DNA of 64,000 bases from NCBI GenBank assembly GCA_951406725.2, contig OX597816.1, forward strand, positions 112,096,001 to 112,160,000, given 5' to 3'. The stretch is from Octopus vulgaris. Taxonomy: Eukaryota. The position numbers and the translations under genes were made by a program. Shown here in pieces: positions 13,205 to 27,399 of this stretch; the stretch's first letter is position 1, and each line of letters opens with the position of its first letter. The notes below the pieces were generated by a model, which did no database searches, had not been told where the DNA came from, and worked only from the letters and a program-made list of their open reading frames with translations.

Positions 13205-13483
13205 GTTTAGCGTCTGCTTTCCATGCTAGCATGGGTTGGACGGTTCAACTGGGGTCTGGGAAGCCAGAAGACTGCACCAGACTCAGTCTGATCTGGCAAT
13301 GCTTCTACGGCTGGATGCCCTTCCTAACGCCAACCACTCTGTGAGTGTAGTGGGTGCTTTTTACGTGCCACTGGCACAGGTGCCAGAGAAGGCTGGCAAA
13401 TGGTCATGATCGGATGGTGCTTTTTTCGTGCCACCAGCACGGAGGCAAGGTGAGCAACAGCCACGATCGGATGGTGCTTGTTT
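13169..13483 (-). mobile_element. Family B non-autonomous retroelement with (GAT)n tail
   Basis: Shared 3' module gttggcgttaggaagggcatccagc...ccgtccaacccatgctagcatggaaa..gacg..aaacgatgatgat; internal ~60-bp tandem units. Confidence 0.8.
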
Positions 13484-13693
13484 ATAGGCTGATGTTTATC
13501 AATTGTTTATCCTCTTCATTTTCTTATTTGCCTTATAAATCCTGGGTAAATTTCTGATTTACCCCCACCCATACCTAGTATTCAATTGCGATATTGCACT
13601 TGGATATAAATACATAGGTATACATCTAGTTGTATATTGGATATTTACTATCCTTTAGATGGTTCCTTAACCTCTAACTCATATAGACATGTG

Positions 13694-13726
<33 letters not shown>

Positions 13727-13931
13727 ATGGATCTGCATATTGATGGAAAGATGACTATACATATAGATATATGTATTATTTATGTATATATATTTGTACA
13801 TATTTATATGTATTTATATGCATGTGTTTGTGTCTTCTTGTCTTGGAATTATGCCATAGTTATAAATGAGTATCACTATCACAGAAGCTGTGTCCTTTGA
13901 TAGTAATCTAGCTATAGAAAATTTGCATATA

Positions 13932-15223
13932 CGAGGGGCGTTCAATAAGTAATGCCCCTGACCCACTTCCCAAAGCAGTAGAGCAACGAAACTTGGCACA
14001 GTTATTAGTCTTTTTCTACATAGGAACCACCCAGAGTTACGCATTTCTCCCATCGTTTGATGCGGCTCTGGAGACCGTTTTTGTAGAAGAACCCAACTTG
14101 GTCCTCCAACCTGAACATGACTTCAGAAATCAAGGCTGCATCATCTGGGAAACGCATTCCTTTCAAAAACAACTTCATGATTGGGAAGAGGTGAAAATCA
14201 GAGGGTGCAAGGTCAGAAAAGTAGGGGGGGATGGGGAGGAGTTCATAGCCATACGCCTGTGCTTCTGATCTGGCGACAAGCGAGTTGTGGACCGGAGCGT
14301 TGTCCTGCAGGAGGAGGATGCCTTTGCTGATCTTGCCCCGCCTCTTGATTTTGATAACTTCTCTTAATTTCCTCAAAAGTGAAGCATAATAGGCTCCTGC
14401 AATTGTGGTACCCTTTGCCAGGAAATCTGTCATCACTACTCCGTCCTGGTCCCAGAAGACTGTGAGCATGACCTTGCCAGCAGAGGGCTGCACCCTTGCC
14501 TTCTTTGGAGGGGGTGAGTCACGGTGCTTCCACTGCATTGACTGGGCTTTGGTCTCTGGATCATCGTGATGGACCCAGGTTTCATCCTGTGTAATCAGTC
14601 TTTTGAAAAATTTTGACTCATCTTCTTGGCACATCTCCAAATTCACCCTCGAGCACTCGATGCGTTCTTGCTTCTGGAAAGGCATGAGCGACCTGGGAAT
14701 CCATCTGGCAGACACCTTTTGCATATGCAAATGGTCATGAATGATAGTTTCCAAAGACCCGGTACTAATCTTGACCTCATGGACTATTTGGCGAATAATT
14801 ATGCGTCGATCTTCCAAAATGGCAGCCTCAACTTGACGGACAGATGCCTCATCAATGTCAAAAGGGGGCGACCAGATCTGGGAGCTGTTTCCACAGAGTT
14901 CCGACCATGTTTGAATTCACGATGCCAGCGTTTTACAAGGTCATATGATGGGGCATCATCACCATAAGTTACTTTAATTTCATCAAAAGTTTCCCGTGGT
15001 GTGCGTCCTTTCAAATACAAAAACCGGATCACTGCTCGACACTCAACAGGCTCCATTTCACACTTGACTCGGTTCAAACACCTGTAAATCAGAAACCACA
15101 ATTAGTTCAGAGCTGTAATTTGCCACTTACTCTATAGAGATATACATAATTGCACAAGCAAAATTTCAGCTAGATCAAACAAATGCAAGTGGGTCAGAGG
15201 CATTACTTATTGAACGTCCCTCG
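13932..15223 (-). mobile_element. Full-length mariner transposon (DD34D, irritans-like), 1,292 bp
   Basis: 37-bp TIRs (13932-13968 / 15187-15223, 2 mismatches) flanked by TA on both sides; encloses a transposase reading frame. Confidence 0.95.
14005..15056 (-). pseudogene. Mariner transposase with a single frameshift
   Basis: Starts MEPVECRAVIRFLYLKG... (ATG at 15056), with an HTH to GRP and a frameshift near 14860. It continues WIPRSL, TQDETWVHH, LLQDNAPVH...YFSDLAPSDFHLF (34 residues between the 2nd and 3rd Asp) to the stop at 14005. Confidence 0.92.
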
Positions 15224-15504
15224 TATATATATATATGCACACCAAATACATATTTTTTTCAAAAATGTGTATATGCATGTACACACACACACACACACAA
15301 TGGAGTGAGTGGAGCAAGAACACACATAGAAATGAAGAGTGTTGTTGAAGAGGTCACAGATATGTGACAAAGAATTTCTGGACAATGGACAGGCGTTAAA
15401 ATAATAAAATAACAGTAATATACGAGCGAAGAAAAATATATATAGTGTGTGTGTTTATTTGGCAAAAAAAAAATGACCATCCCGAAGTACAACAATATAT
15501 ATAT

Positions 15505-16776
15505 ATTGAAGGTCGTCAAGTATGAAATTTGTAACAAGGTATATGGTAAACTTTGACAGCTACTCATTTTGTGCCATTATTATATTTTGACAATCTTTAT
15601 TTTTTGTTAGAAAGCTGACACATCTATTTCTTTATTCTAACTCAGTTTGTGCTTTATAAAGTATTCGTAAATCGTTTTTTGCTAGTTTTGTTTAGAGATG
15701 GATAGGTCAGAAATTTGTACAGTTTTGAAATATGAGTTCTTTCTTGGAAATACAGCATTACAGACAGCTCGGAATATTAATAGAGTATTTCATTCTAATG
15801 TTATTGCACAACAGACAGTATCAAATTAGTTTGCAAAATTTCATCCTGGTGACTTTAACCTCACAAATGAGCAATAGGGTTGACCAGAAACAAAGGTGGA
15901 TAATGACAAACTGAAAGCCACCATCAAGTCAGCTCCATCTCAAAGTGCCCGTGAATAATCGTTGTTGTTTGGTGTTTGCAAGCAATCACTATTGACTCAC
16001 CTAGTTCAAATCAGTAAAATGAAAAAGTTAGATAAGTGGGTTCGACATGAACTCAATGAAAATCAGAAACAGCAATGTTTGGAAGCCTGCATTATGCTTC
16101 TTGCTCATCACAAAAATGAATCATTTTTTAATTGAATTATAACATGTGATGAGAAATTGATCTAATACAACAACCATAAACATTCAGCATAATGGTTGGA
16201 CAAAGATGAGCCACCAAAATACAGTCCAAAAAACAAAATTCATCAAAAGAAGCTGATGATGTGTGTTTGGTGGTCTGGCGCAGGTATGATCTATTATGAT
16301 TTCATTAAACCTGGCTCATCAATCACGGCTGAAGTATACTGCAGCCAGCTAGACCAGAAACTTACAAAAAAAAAACCCAGCCTAGATTAGTAAACATCAA
16401 TTCCTATTTTATTGCAAGACAATGTCAGACCATATATCCCAAAAATGACAGTGGAGAAACCACATGAGTTGGAGTTGGAAGTTATCCATCATCCACCATA
16501 CTCACCTGATCTTGTCCCCACTGACTACCACTTCTAAAATTTGGATAACTTTTTGATAGGAAAAAACTAATTCTGACGATGTTGTAAAACAGGCCTACCA
16601 AGATTTTATTGATTGTAGATAGCCAGGCTTTTACAGTTTCAGGCTGAACAAGCCACTGCTGAAATGGCAAAAAAAAAGTGTTGACAATATGGGGTATATT
16701 TTGATGAATAAAGCTATTCATTGTATTTATAAAACATTAGCAAACTTTTTTCTTTTCTGCAAATTTCCTACTTGAT
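15505..16776 (+). mobile_element. Decayed full-length mariner (cecropia/Hsmar1-like)
   Basis: Remnant TIR tcaagta(t/g)gaaatttg at both ends. Decayed ORF from ATG 15698 to 16711 with KLDKWVRHEL, ITCDEK, LQDNVRP and HPPYSPDLVPTDYHF; many stops. Confidence 0.85.
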
Positions 16777-16785
16777 ATATGTATA

Positions 16786-16788
<3 letters not shown>

Positions 16789-16863
<75 letters not shown>
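16789..16863. repeat. (GT)n microsatellite
   Basis: Perfect dinucleotide run. Confidence 0.97.
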
Positions 16864-16864
<1 letters not shown>

Positions 16865-17207
16865 AGGTGCAATGGCTCAGTGGTTAGGGCAGCAGATTCG
16901 CAGTCGTGGGATCGTGGTTTTGATTCCTAGACTGGGCGTTGTGAGTGTTTATTAAGCGAAAACACCTAAAGCTCGATGAGGCTCTGGCAGGGTCGGGGGT
17001 GGACCACGCTGTACTCTTTCTTCCTGTTTCTGTTGTACCTGTATTTCAAAGAGTCAACCTTGTCATGCTGAATCTCTCTGAGAATTACTTTAAGGGTACA
17101 CGTGTCTGTGGAGTGCTCAGCCACTTATAAGTTAATTTCATGAGCAGGTTGTTCTGTTGATCAGATGAACTGGAACCCTTGTCATCGTAACTGATAGAGT
17201 ACCACGA
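16861..17207 (+). mobile_element. SINE family D, tail type 2
   Basis: First ~160 bp shared with 11665-11825, different 3' half; follows (GT)n; head-only fragment at 42843-42890. Confidence 0.8.
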
Positions 17208-17849
17208 TGTATATATATATATGTATGTATGCATGTATTATATACACACATACAACAAGCTTCTACACAATTTCTGCCAACTGAATTCAGTCATAAGACA
17301 CTGGTTACCCAAGTACTATTAGAAGACACTTGTCCAAGGCTCTCCACAGTGGAACTGAAACCAAAATTACACAAGTACAAAGAGAATTTCTTATCTTGAC
17401 AACCAAGCCAATATTTGTTCTTTGTTTTGTTTTAGTCATTATAACTAAGGCCATGCTGGAGCACTATATATCAGAACTGTACCAATAACATAAGAATAAG
17501 ATAAATGTAATGGCTTGTGATCTTTATGAAAATAATCTTCTTTGTACTATTTATTATAGTTTTTAGTTATTTACATATCTCCAGCTATACAATATTGTAA
17601 GTAAGTAATTGTAGCTGATGAAAAGCCAGTAGAATATGAGGTAATATAATAGTTATGGATATTTCTTTTATTGTCTCTACTTAGACAAGAAAATAATGAG
17701 GTTCTTCTCAATAATGTAGATTTAGAATTCTTTTTAAGTAGATGTTTTCTGGTTACTGTAAAACAATTTCCAAGCAATTCTTATTGCATCGTCTTCAGTG
17801 AATGATTAGAGTTTAAACTTTGTAGAAATAACTAAAAACTATGGTGTAC

Positions 17850-19057
17850 TTTCTAGCCACACAGGCTGAGTCTATCTTGAATATTTTCTCTTGAAAATAT
17901 TACCTACTAGATATGGTTACCGAAATGAACCAGCAATTATATTTTAGATATTAATCAGAAGTGTGGACAGCACCCAAGACTTTTGCAGACCCTTTCAGGC
18001 TAATGAAATTCATGTAGTTGGTATGGTAATCTACACTGACAGGAAAAAACATGGATAAAGGGGAGAATTGCAGAGATCTATATATTCATCCATAAAGAAT
18101 GCTTATTCACTAAAGATCCTAAGAGAAAGTAGTTAAGAATTTTATGAATCCCTATCACTTAGAATAGGATGGTCAACTGGCTGAAAATTCTCCAGATCAA
18201 ATGTCCACCCCTATGGAGGATCTGATAGTTGAGACAGAGCGAAGATAATGAGATTATATGAGGGAGAGAACTTCTTCAAAAGAACCAAATATGGGGTCGT
18301 GTAACACTTGCTAATTCGGAAAAGCAGAGATTTTACATTGACTGTGAAAGATGCAAGAAAAAAGACATCATGTCTATAAGCTAGGGATTTTAGTGTCTTC
18401 TGTAAATTGAGGTTTTGCCAGTCAGCTAAAAGACCTTTTTAGATGTACTTTTGAATGTTTAACAATAATACAGCAGTGGCACCACCACAGATATGTGACC
18501 AATACTTCTTTGAGGGTTCCACTTGCACTTTGCAGAGAATTAAAAACCGGTCAGAGCCAAAGTAATTTATAGCCCTAAAGAGAGGTAAAAATGGTTTAAT
18601 GAGGAAATTTTAGCAGGGCCATTAATGTGAAGTCATCCTAAAAGATTATTAATGCTTCTCAGACCTAGTATTTGCAGGGAGAATCTTCTATGGTTTGTTC
18701 ATGTGTAAGAGTGGTGAACATTGTTTCTTAGATTGACATCATAATCATCTCTTCGAATTTGTGACTAAAGAATGTCTTCAAGAGTCTGTTATGGAATCAG
18801 TGCAAGTTTGTTTTGAGATCTAGATTGTATACTCTTACTCTATTTACTCTTTTACTTGTTTCAGTCATTTGACTGTGGCCATGCTGGAGCACCGCCTTTA
18901 GTCGAGCAAATCGACCCCAGGACTTATCCTTTGGATGCCTAGTACTTATTCTATCGTTCTCTTTTGTTGAACTGCTAAGTTACAGGGACGTAAGCACACC
19001 ACCATTGGTTGTCAAGCGATGTTGGGGGAACAAACAGACACACAAGCATATACACAC

Positions 19058-19134
<77 letters not shown>

Positions 19135-19930
19135 CATATATACGATGGGCTTCTTTCAGTTTCCGTCTACCAAAACCACTCACAAGGCTTTGGTTGGCTC
19201 AAGGCTATAGTAGAAGACACTTGCCCAAGGTGCCATGCAGTGGGACTGAACCTGGAACCATGTGGTTGGTAAGCAAGCTACTTTCCACACAGCCACTCCT
19301 ATGCCTATGTGGATAATATATGTATAAAGAATAGTTTCAGGAGTAATGGGAAGGGCATGGTCTGCATAATAGTTGGAATAGTTAGAAGTGTATAAAATAG
19401 GATACAGAAAACAATATTAAACAACAGTTGATAGACTGTGGGTTGGAGAAAGCTATTACCATATAGCATGATATATAACAAGAAATATCCAGTCTATGAG
19501 ATGAGCAATGAATGGCTGAGCCCATAACTTAGGAGTTTTCATGACAGACATTGATGAAGGTTTTATTGATGGCAGGGTCAATAATTTCTTAATAATTTCT
19601 TAAGAGTTGAAAACAATTAGAGAGAGACAAGCACAAGTCTTCAGTAGATCTGACTCAATGGAAACTATATTGACAGTCACTAAGAAGAGAAAAAAATTAA
19701 CATGATTAAGAAATGTTTTTTTATGTATAAGAATGAAGGAATATTGGTTTGTAGTTGGCAATACCACAACTATTGCCCTGTTTTGTGTGAATAGAGCACA
19801 CTGAACAGCGTTTTCATAGATGAGGATACATTGCTGAATGAGAGTTAAGCTTTGATGTTTTGCAAGCTCTCAAGCCCATTGATAAATAATAATGGAAGGT
19901 TCACCATTAGGAGTGAATGCCATGTGGAAT
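17850..19930 (-). mobile_element. Decayed Jockey/CR1-type LINE (RT and C-terminus), interrupted by a SINE
   Basis: Minus-strand remnants LLSDCQYSF..RST, SYGL..L and ILCKVQVEPSKKYWSHICGGA (LYKAQVRPxMEYCSHIWGGA-like). Confidence 0.6.
18830..19305 (-). mobile_element. SINE family A
   Basis: Full-length colinear copy with expanded internal (TA)n, inserted in a decayed LINE. Confidence 0.88.
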
Positions 19931-20951
19931 TGATACCAAATATTAAACATCTTTGACACAAAAAAGTTCTTTACATAAAAAGTTACTCCTTGATCTTATT
20001 TATATTATTGTCATCTAATCACAAAAGCTTATCTCTTGGAATCATTGACAATCTTAAGCAAATTTGGTATGTTATTGAAAGTAGCTTTGAGTCTTCTTTT
20101 AGCAACAACCTTCAAGATCCAATTCATCAATGTTTCATACTTCCTTCACATTTTCTGCTACTCCTAAAATTTCTTGGATAAATTAAAATTCCAATGAAAA
20201 TGCATTTTTATTCAAAAAGTTTTGAATTTTTTTCCTTCCTCCCACAAATCTATCACCCTTCAAAAGATCTATTCTGAAGAATAAGTACTAGGCTTACAGA
20301 GAATAAGTCCTGGAGTCAATTTGTTCGACTAAAGGGCGGTGCTCCAGCATAGTCACAGTCAGATGACTGAATCAAGTAAAAGTATAAAAGAATGCAAACC
20401 CTTCAAGGAACTGCCCCCAACTTGGTTCAGAGTTCAGTGGCTGAGACAAATAAAGGAATAAAATAAAATAAAGAAAGTGCAAATATAATACTAACAACAG
20501 CAATGATGAAACAACAAAGATAGCAGCTATAACAGTTGCCTTAAACTTTTGTGATTAAATATGAAAAATATTTCCAACAAATCCAGCTTGCATTTTACTG
20601 GAAAAATTATTTTTGTGAATCACCAGGGAATAGGAAATAAAAACAAATTGTAAAAATACTAATAAAATTATCAAAGAATATCTTCTGGACTAAATAATGA
20701 AAGGGATTTTTTTTAATATTTGCCTTAAACTGAAAGTGTTTTGCATGTGAGTGGTGGAGGGAGAAAGTAGATGTTCATGATCTGGATCATTAAAATACAT
20801 AATTTATAGTTTGTGGGCTATAGACACCTGAAGCAGTTTTACTACCAGAAACCCCACTGCAGGAACATACATGTGCACGTGTATGTGTGTGCATGTATAT
20901 GTATGCGTGTGGGCATATGAATGTTTATGAGCGAGTGTGAGTGTGTGTGTG

Positions 20952-20982
<31 letters not shown>

Positions 20983-21038
20983 ATTTATATACATATATAT
21001 ATACATATATATGTATATATATAGAGAGAGATGCATAT

Positions 21039-21083
<45 letters not shown>

Positions 21084-22389
21084 CTTATACATACAGAGAT
21101 ACATGTATAAATACATAGATAGATATATATATATACACAAACATACATATATATACACACATACATATATAAACATAAAATATACATATACATACATGCA
21201 TACATACCTACATGCATATATGCATGTATATATACAGATTTATTTAGTTATATATATATATATATATATATATACATGCATACATACATGCATACATTCA
21301 TACATCCCTACATATATATATATATATGTGCACGTGTATGTGTGTGTGTATTGCAATGAATCAGAAATTAGGAATAAAATTGACTTTAATGTTCAAATTT
21401 GTTGCATTTTAGCAATATAATATGGAAATATGTTCAATTTACTTAGATTTTAGCAATGAAATATGTAACGAAAATAAATAAATAAAAAAAAGACACTTTT
21501 GTAACAGATCGAACTTTTCAAAGCACTTTTGTAAGAAAAAAAAGTTCTGATGATCCAATACACACATAAAATTTTCCTAAAGGTAAACATATGACTAATT
21601 CAAAAATACATATAAATACGATTTTTATAACAAATTTTCTTTTAATTCTTAACTTATGGAAAATTCTTTACTTATGGAAAAAATTCTTTACTTATGGTAA
21701 GATATTTACCATGGATTGCTAATCATTTTCGAAAAAAAATTTATTTTTCTCTCCTCCGCAATTTTGTTTCAGTATTCTGATCTTCGGAAGAGAAATTATC
21801 TCAAAGATAATCTTTGGCAGTTTCAAAAAGCTTCCTTGTGAGGTTTGCTTCATATCTTTTACATACAAATAATTAAAGAGATCTTTTTCTTTATATTGCA
21901 TCCATTTTGTCTTTATATATTCCTTTATTATTTTTTTACTAATTTCATTCATTGGACAACATCCATGCTGGAACTCTTGTTTTTAAGAGTTTTACTTAAT
22001 AATATCAAGACTGAGTCTTTATCTTTCATTTTTTATCTGTCATTACACTATAGCCATGTTGGGGCACTGCCTTGAAGAGTTTTAGTCAGCACGAATCAAC
22101 CCCAGTACATATTTTTTTTAAAGTCTGGTATTTATTTCATTGGTCTCTTTTGCTAAATCACTAGGTTACAGGATTGTAAACACACCAACATCAATTGTAA
22201 AGTTTAGGGGACAAACACACATACATGTCCAACCCATGCTAGCATTGAAGGTGAACATTAACAATGATGATGTCCAACCCATGCCAGAATGGAAGGTGGA
22301 CATTAAATGATGATGATGATGATGGTACACACACACACACACACACACATAATGAGCTTCTTTCAGTTTCTATCTACCACCCTGACACT

Positions 22390-23620
22390 TGCCATTGTGT
22401 AAATTCACTTATCAAGCTATCCAACTATTAAAACTGGTAGAATTGACATCATGAAATGTTCATCTTATGATAATGCTGATTTAGAAATGAAGGCAGTGAT
22501 GAACAATTTATAGTCAACAATTTTTTTTACCTTCCTTGCAATATCATATTGAAATCATTTACGTTGGTAAATATGTCACTAAGGAAAAAATATCACATTT
22601 TGTAGCAATCAGTGAAGTAGACAGTAAAGTATTTTGAAGATAAAATTATATTGTATCAAGAAGTTCAACAAATGGATCACAGAGTTGCCTTCTGACAACC
22701 ATTCTACTTTAGTGTCATACAAAAGCCTCACATAGTCATCATCATTATCAAGGCACAGTTGACAGAAAATTTGCTCAAAGAATTTAATTTTAGCTTGTTC
22801 ACAGTTTTAGTAGCTAACATCACGAGGCCTATCATAGATATTTTAGACACTAAATGATACCAGTGAGCCACACAGTGAACTCTTAAATCAGGATGCAAAA
22901 GTTCAAGTTTTAACACAGAAGAGACATGTCTGTATCAACCTACTATAGCAGGTGCTTCCTCAGATGCACAGGTAACAATGTCATTCAATGCAATGTTATG
23001 ATCACTAAAAAATAGATTCAATAAATTTTAAATAGATATACCTTTTCAGTCAAGCAACAATTGATCAGTGAACAGTATCTCTTCACAAAGGTGAACATTT
23101 TCATTAAAAAGCAAACATACACCATCATCGTTCATCAACTTGTATGGAAAATTCAGGACTCTGAAGATTGTAGATGAGTTAATGTTTGACATCAGTGGCT
23201 ATTTCATTTATACAGCAAGAAATTGTGTTATTACAAAGTGGAATTATCTTGATAATTGTGTCAGGCTTCTTATGCAATACAGTTAGGTCAAAGTAATGTT
23301 TGATACTTACTGACCTTTGCAACCAGTAACACAATGTTGTACAATACAATCATCCTATTATCTTGTGGTGTAGTTGCTTTCTGAAATTCTGAGATCGATG
23401 TTTCTGCTTTATAAATGAGGTCTTAAGTTGTAAGAAATATGACAAAGGTTTTTCCCTCCGGTCAGCATGCTTAGAATATAAATGCTGCTTTAGGCGTCAT
23501 GGCTTCATTGCTTAAATTCTGGTTGAACATAAAACATTGAGGTAATTGACAGCTCTGAAGAGAAGTGATTAAGCCATAAGATAAATAATCAATACTGAAT
23601 TGATGACAATTTTTTTTTTT
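22390..23620 (-). pseudogene. Highly decayed hAT (Charlie/Buster-type) transposase
   Basis: Minus-strand remnants LPQC...LSNEAM.P (BED finger), IPLCNNTISCCINEIA, CASEEAPAI (CTDGAPAM-like), HCVAHWYHLVSK and LLYDTKVEWLSEG (LLxHTEVRWLSRG-like). Confidence 0.75.
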
Positions 23621-24549
23621 AAATGAAGACATTGGAATGTTTAAAAATCATACAATAGAAACAACAGTTAACAAAATTTTTGTTCGTCAATGTTTGTCAA
23701 GTTCTAAGTTCATTTTCAATAATCCACAACTATAAGATCTCAAGACTTGTAATCACTTGGCAATCAATGCAATCCAACTACTTCAAGTGGCTGTGCTTTG
23801 AACTGTGAACAGGTTTCTCAGATTTTGTTGGACATTATCGTCCATACTCCCTTTTTGACAGCCTGTTGGCTGAGTCCTAAGAGGTCACTGCTTCTGTCTA
23901 TATATGTGTGATCTCTTGGTGCTGGCAGTATTGGTGTGTTTATCCTAATATCACTTCTTAATGCTAATAGTAAAATTGTTCTTCATTTGCCCATACTTGA
24001 TTTTATTTCCAAAACAATGTTATTTCATTCAAAGAACTATCTGAACGTTATTGCCCCTTCTCGAAATTATAGAAAAAACCAAAACGTCCCTTGTTTGAAG
24101 GTATTTTTATATCTTATCTAGTTATGTGGCCCAGTTATTTCCATTTAGCCTCATGTTTTTTATGTTGTTTTTTTTTTAAACATGTTCTTTGAATATTTTT
24201 CCGGTAAACAGGTGTTGAAATACTTTCTTGATACTCAAACTCCTATCACCCACCAAAATTTCCAATCACCTACCATTTTCTGATCACCCAACAAACAGTG
24301 GAAATTGTCCACTGGTAGGTAATATCACCAAGGCTGGGAGAACCTTGGGATTGAGGAACAGAAAAGTAGATAGGTCAGCAAGTGTGCATGAGTGAAAAAT
24401 GAGACTGAAGATTAAAGATTGAGATTGAGTTGAACACAGTGAATATCATTTTGGGAAAGAGGAAGTGAAGGAAAATAAGTTGGACAGTGAAGAAGAGGTG
24501 ACAAGGGGCAGTAGTAAAAATAGACAGGTCCTTGGATGGATGGCTCCTT

Positions 24550-25080
24550 GGATAGGTGTTCTCAAGCACAGCATATCACCATTCATCTCAGTCTCCCATC
24601 ATCTTCTTCAAGAGGTTTTACATATTGAGGTCATTCTTCAATCCATCCCACATTTTCCTGAGTTTTCTTCTTCCACAGGTTTCTTCACATTTGAGCAATT
24701 GGCACTTCTTTACACAGCTGTTCTCATCTATCTGCATCACATGACCATACTAGCACAGTCTTCTGTCTTGAACACATCAAATGCCTCTTAGGCCCACTTT
24801 TTTCTTTCAACACATTTGTACTTTATCATACATGTACATTCGTACTTTATCAAGCACAGAGAGTACATGTGAGTTTCATTTCTTTCTAATATTCACATAT
24901 GCTTTGCAGCCACAACCTAAGTTTCACAACCATGTTGCATTGGTGGTCATGTGCAAGCATTGTATGATCTGTTTTTCTCTCTGCGAGAAAAGCCTTTTGT
25001 TACAAGCAGACGTAATAGTTCTCTGAACTTTCTTCAGTCAGTTCTTATTCTAGCAACTATACTTTCAGACCATCTTCTTC
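24550..25080 (-). mobile_element. Decayed RTE LINE 3' fragment
   Basis: Minus strand shows RRLC*YGHVM..D..CVKKC..CGRRKLRKMWD, similar to the RTE C-terminus at 28974-29260. Confidence 0.55.
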
Positions 25081-25537
25081 CATATATATATTTACGCACA
25101 GAGTATCCCATACTTTTTATCATTTACTTGTATTAGTCATTGGATAGCAGCCATACTGAGACATAACCTTGAAGGATTTAGTCTAACAAAACAATCTTAG
25201 TGCTTATTTTTTAAAGTCTGATATTTATGTTGCTGGCCTCATTTGCCAAACCATTAGGTTTCAGGTATGTAAACAAACCAACAACAGTTGTCAAGCATGG
25301 TGGAAGGCAATTACAACACAAAGACAAAAGAACACTTGCATGCACATGCACACATATATGTATAGTGAGATTTGGCAATGCAAACAGGAAAAATAGAGAG
25401 AGAGATAGAAGTCAAAATATGACTATATTTTACTTATTTCGATCATTAGACTGTGGCCATGCTGGAGCACTGCCTCGAAGGAATTTTAGCCAAATGACTC
25501 AAACCCAGTACTTTTTGTTTTAAGCCTGGTACTTATT

Positions 25538-25754
25538 GTTTTCTAACCTAGGCACAAGGCCCAAAATTTTGGGGCAGGGTGGGGGCAGTCGATTAGATCG
25601 ACCCCAGTGCGTAACTGGTACTTAATTTATCGACCCCAAAAGGATGAAAGGCAAAGTCAACCTCGGCAGAATTTGAACTCAGAACATAAAGACAGATGAA
25701 ATACCGCTAAGCATTTCGCCCGATGTGCTAACGTGTCTGCCAGCTCACTGCCTT
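25538..25754 (-). mobile_element. SINE family C nested in a decayed family A copy
   Basis: TSD tacttatt at 25530-25537 and 25755-25762; family A sequence continues on both sides. Confidence 0.85.
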
Positions 25755-26914
25755 TACTTATTCTCTTGGTGTCTATACTGAATTGCATTAGTTGTCAGGT
25801 GCAGGAGCAACAGAATGACTCAAAAGCCAAGGTACACCTATGCATCTAAATGAATATAATCTTGTTTCACTTTATATATATATATATCTATAGATGTATG
25901 TATAAGTATATGTGTGTGTTTGTATGTGTGTATGTGCATACACAATCATACATGTACAAGTGCAAATGTATGCACGTATGCTTATATATATATATACTGT
26001 ATTTATATACATTACCACTCTCATTTATGTGTCATCATCATCATCGTCATCATCATCATTGTTTAACGTCTGTTTTTCATGCTGGCATGGGTTGGACAGT
26101 TTGACTGAGGTCTGGAAAGCCAGCAGCTGCACCAGGCTCCAATTTGATCTGGCAATGTTTCTACAGCTGGATGCCAGGTTAAAGGGTAAAGAACCCCTTC
26201 AGTAATGAATGACCATGGGATTGCACCTAGAAAGTTACCCACCAAGCACAAGTCCAAGCATGGTTGTTTATTGTCGACTAGCAGTCACCCATGCATACCA
26301 GCCTCCCCTCTCCACTCCACTGATGTTATTCAAGGGACAGGCTAGTATAGCTTGACACCAGTGACATCACAACTCATTTCTACAGAGATGCTCTCTTACC
26401 CTTTATGTGTGTGCAAGTATGCACAAAGTTTGCATAACAGCATAACAGGTAAACTATTTGAAAAATATGAATTATCCACATGATATTTCATTTGTTTTAT
26501 AATTTGTTGCAGAACTATCCAGGGATATACTATTATCACCAGTATATAAATCTACAAATCCTCAATCTGTTACTAGTTTGATAAGCACTAACATGAAACT
26601 CTCAGCCCTTGAATCAGTCAATTGCTTCTACTAAATATTAATATACATATATATTTTAAAAATTATTATAAGCAGTTACAAGTTATCTCTCCTGTCACTA
26701 TGTGTAAATGTGGGCTTATGCAGCTTCAAGGGTTTTAACTCCTATTTCTAGTAGTATAAATGCTATTCTGCACCCTCTTTCACAATTAGTGACATTGAAA
26801 TTTTCCCTTTATGGATTTATATTGCGTATAGCTGCTTATATCAATCTTTAGTATATATATATATTAGCAGTTCACTAAATCAGCCACAAATTTATATGGT
26901 AAATATATATAATA

Positions 26915-27312
26915 GGCACAGGAGTGGCTGTGTGGTAAGTAGCTTGCTAACCAACCACATGGTTCCGGGTTCAGTCCCACTGTGTGGCATCTTAGGCAAG
27001 TGTCTTCTGCTATAGCCCCAGGCCGACCAATGCCTTGTGAGTGGATTTGGTAGATGGAAACTGAAAGAAGCCTGTCGTATATATGTATATATATATATAT
27101 GCATATGTGTGTGTATGTTTGTGCTTGTCCCCCTAGCATTGCTTGACAACCGATGCTGGTGTGTTTACGTCCCCATCACTTAGCAGTTCTCAAAAGAGAC
27201 CGATAGAATAAGTACTGGGCTTACAAAGAATAAGTCCCGGGGTCGATTTGCTCGACTAAAGGCAGTGCTCCAGCATGGCTGCAGTCAAATGACTGAAACA
27301 AGTAAAAGAGTA
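26915..27312 (+). mobile_element. SINE family A
   Basis: Full-length, little-diverged copy. Confidence 0.9.
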
Positions 27313-27355
27313 ATGACAGAGGGTTTTAGCAAATCATCAAAGCAATAGGGACAGA

Positions 27356-27399
27356 CACTGCTGATGAATCTGCAATTAACAGAAGAAATTAATCTAGTG
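27356..27399 (+). ncRNA. Minimal type I hammerhead ribozyme with palindromic stem III (Penelope/retrozyme type)
   Basis: CACTG-CTGATGA-a-TCTG-caattaa-CAGA-a-GAAA-TTAA-TC-TAGTG. Stem I CACTG/TAGTG has one G.U pair; stem II is TCTG/CAGA; stem III is the palindrome ATTAAT; predicted cleavage after AUC (C27394). Confidence 0.7.

Noticed and set aside
17750-17802. Minus-strand CTGAAGA-hairpin-GAAA
   Set aside because: Stem II is plausible but stems I and III do not form.
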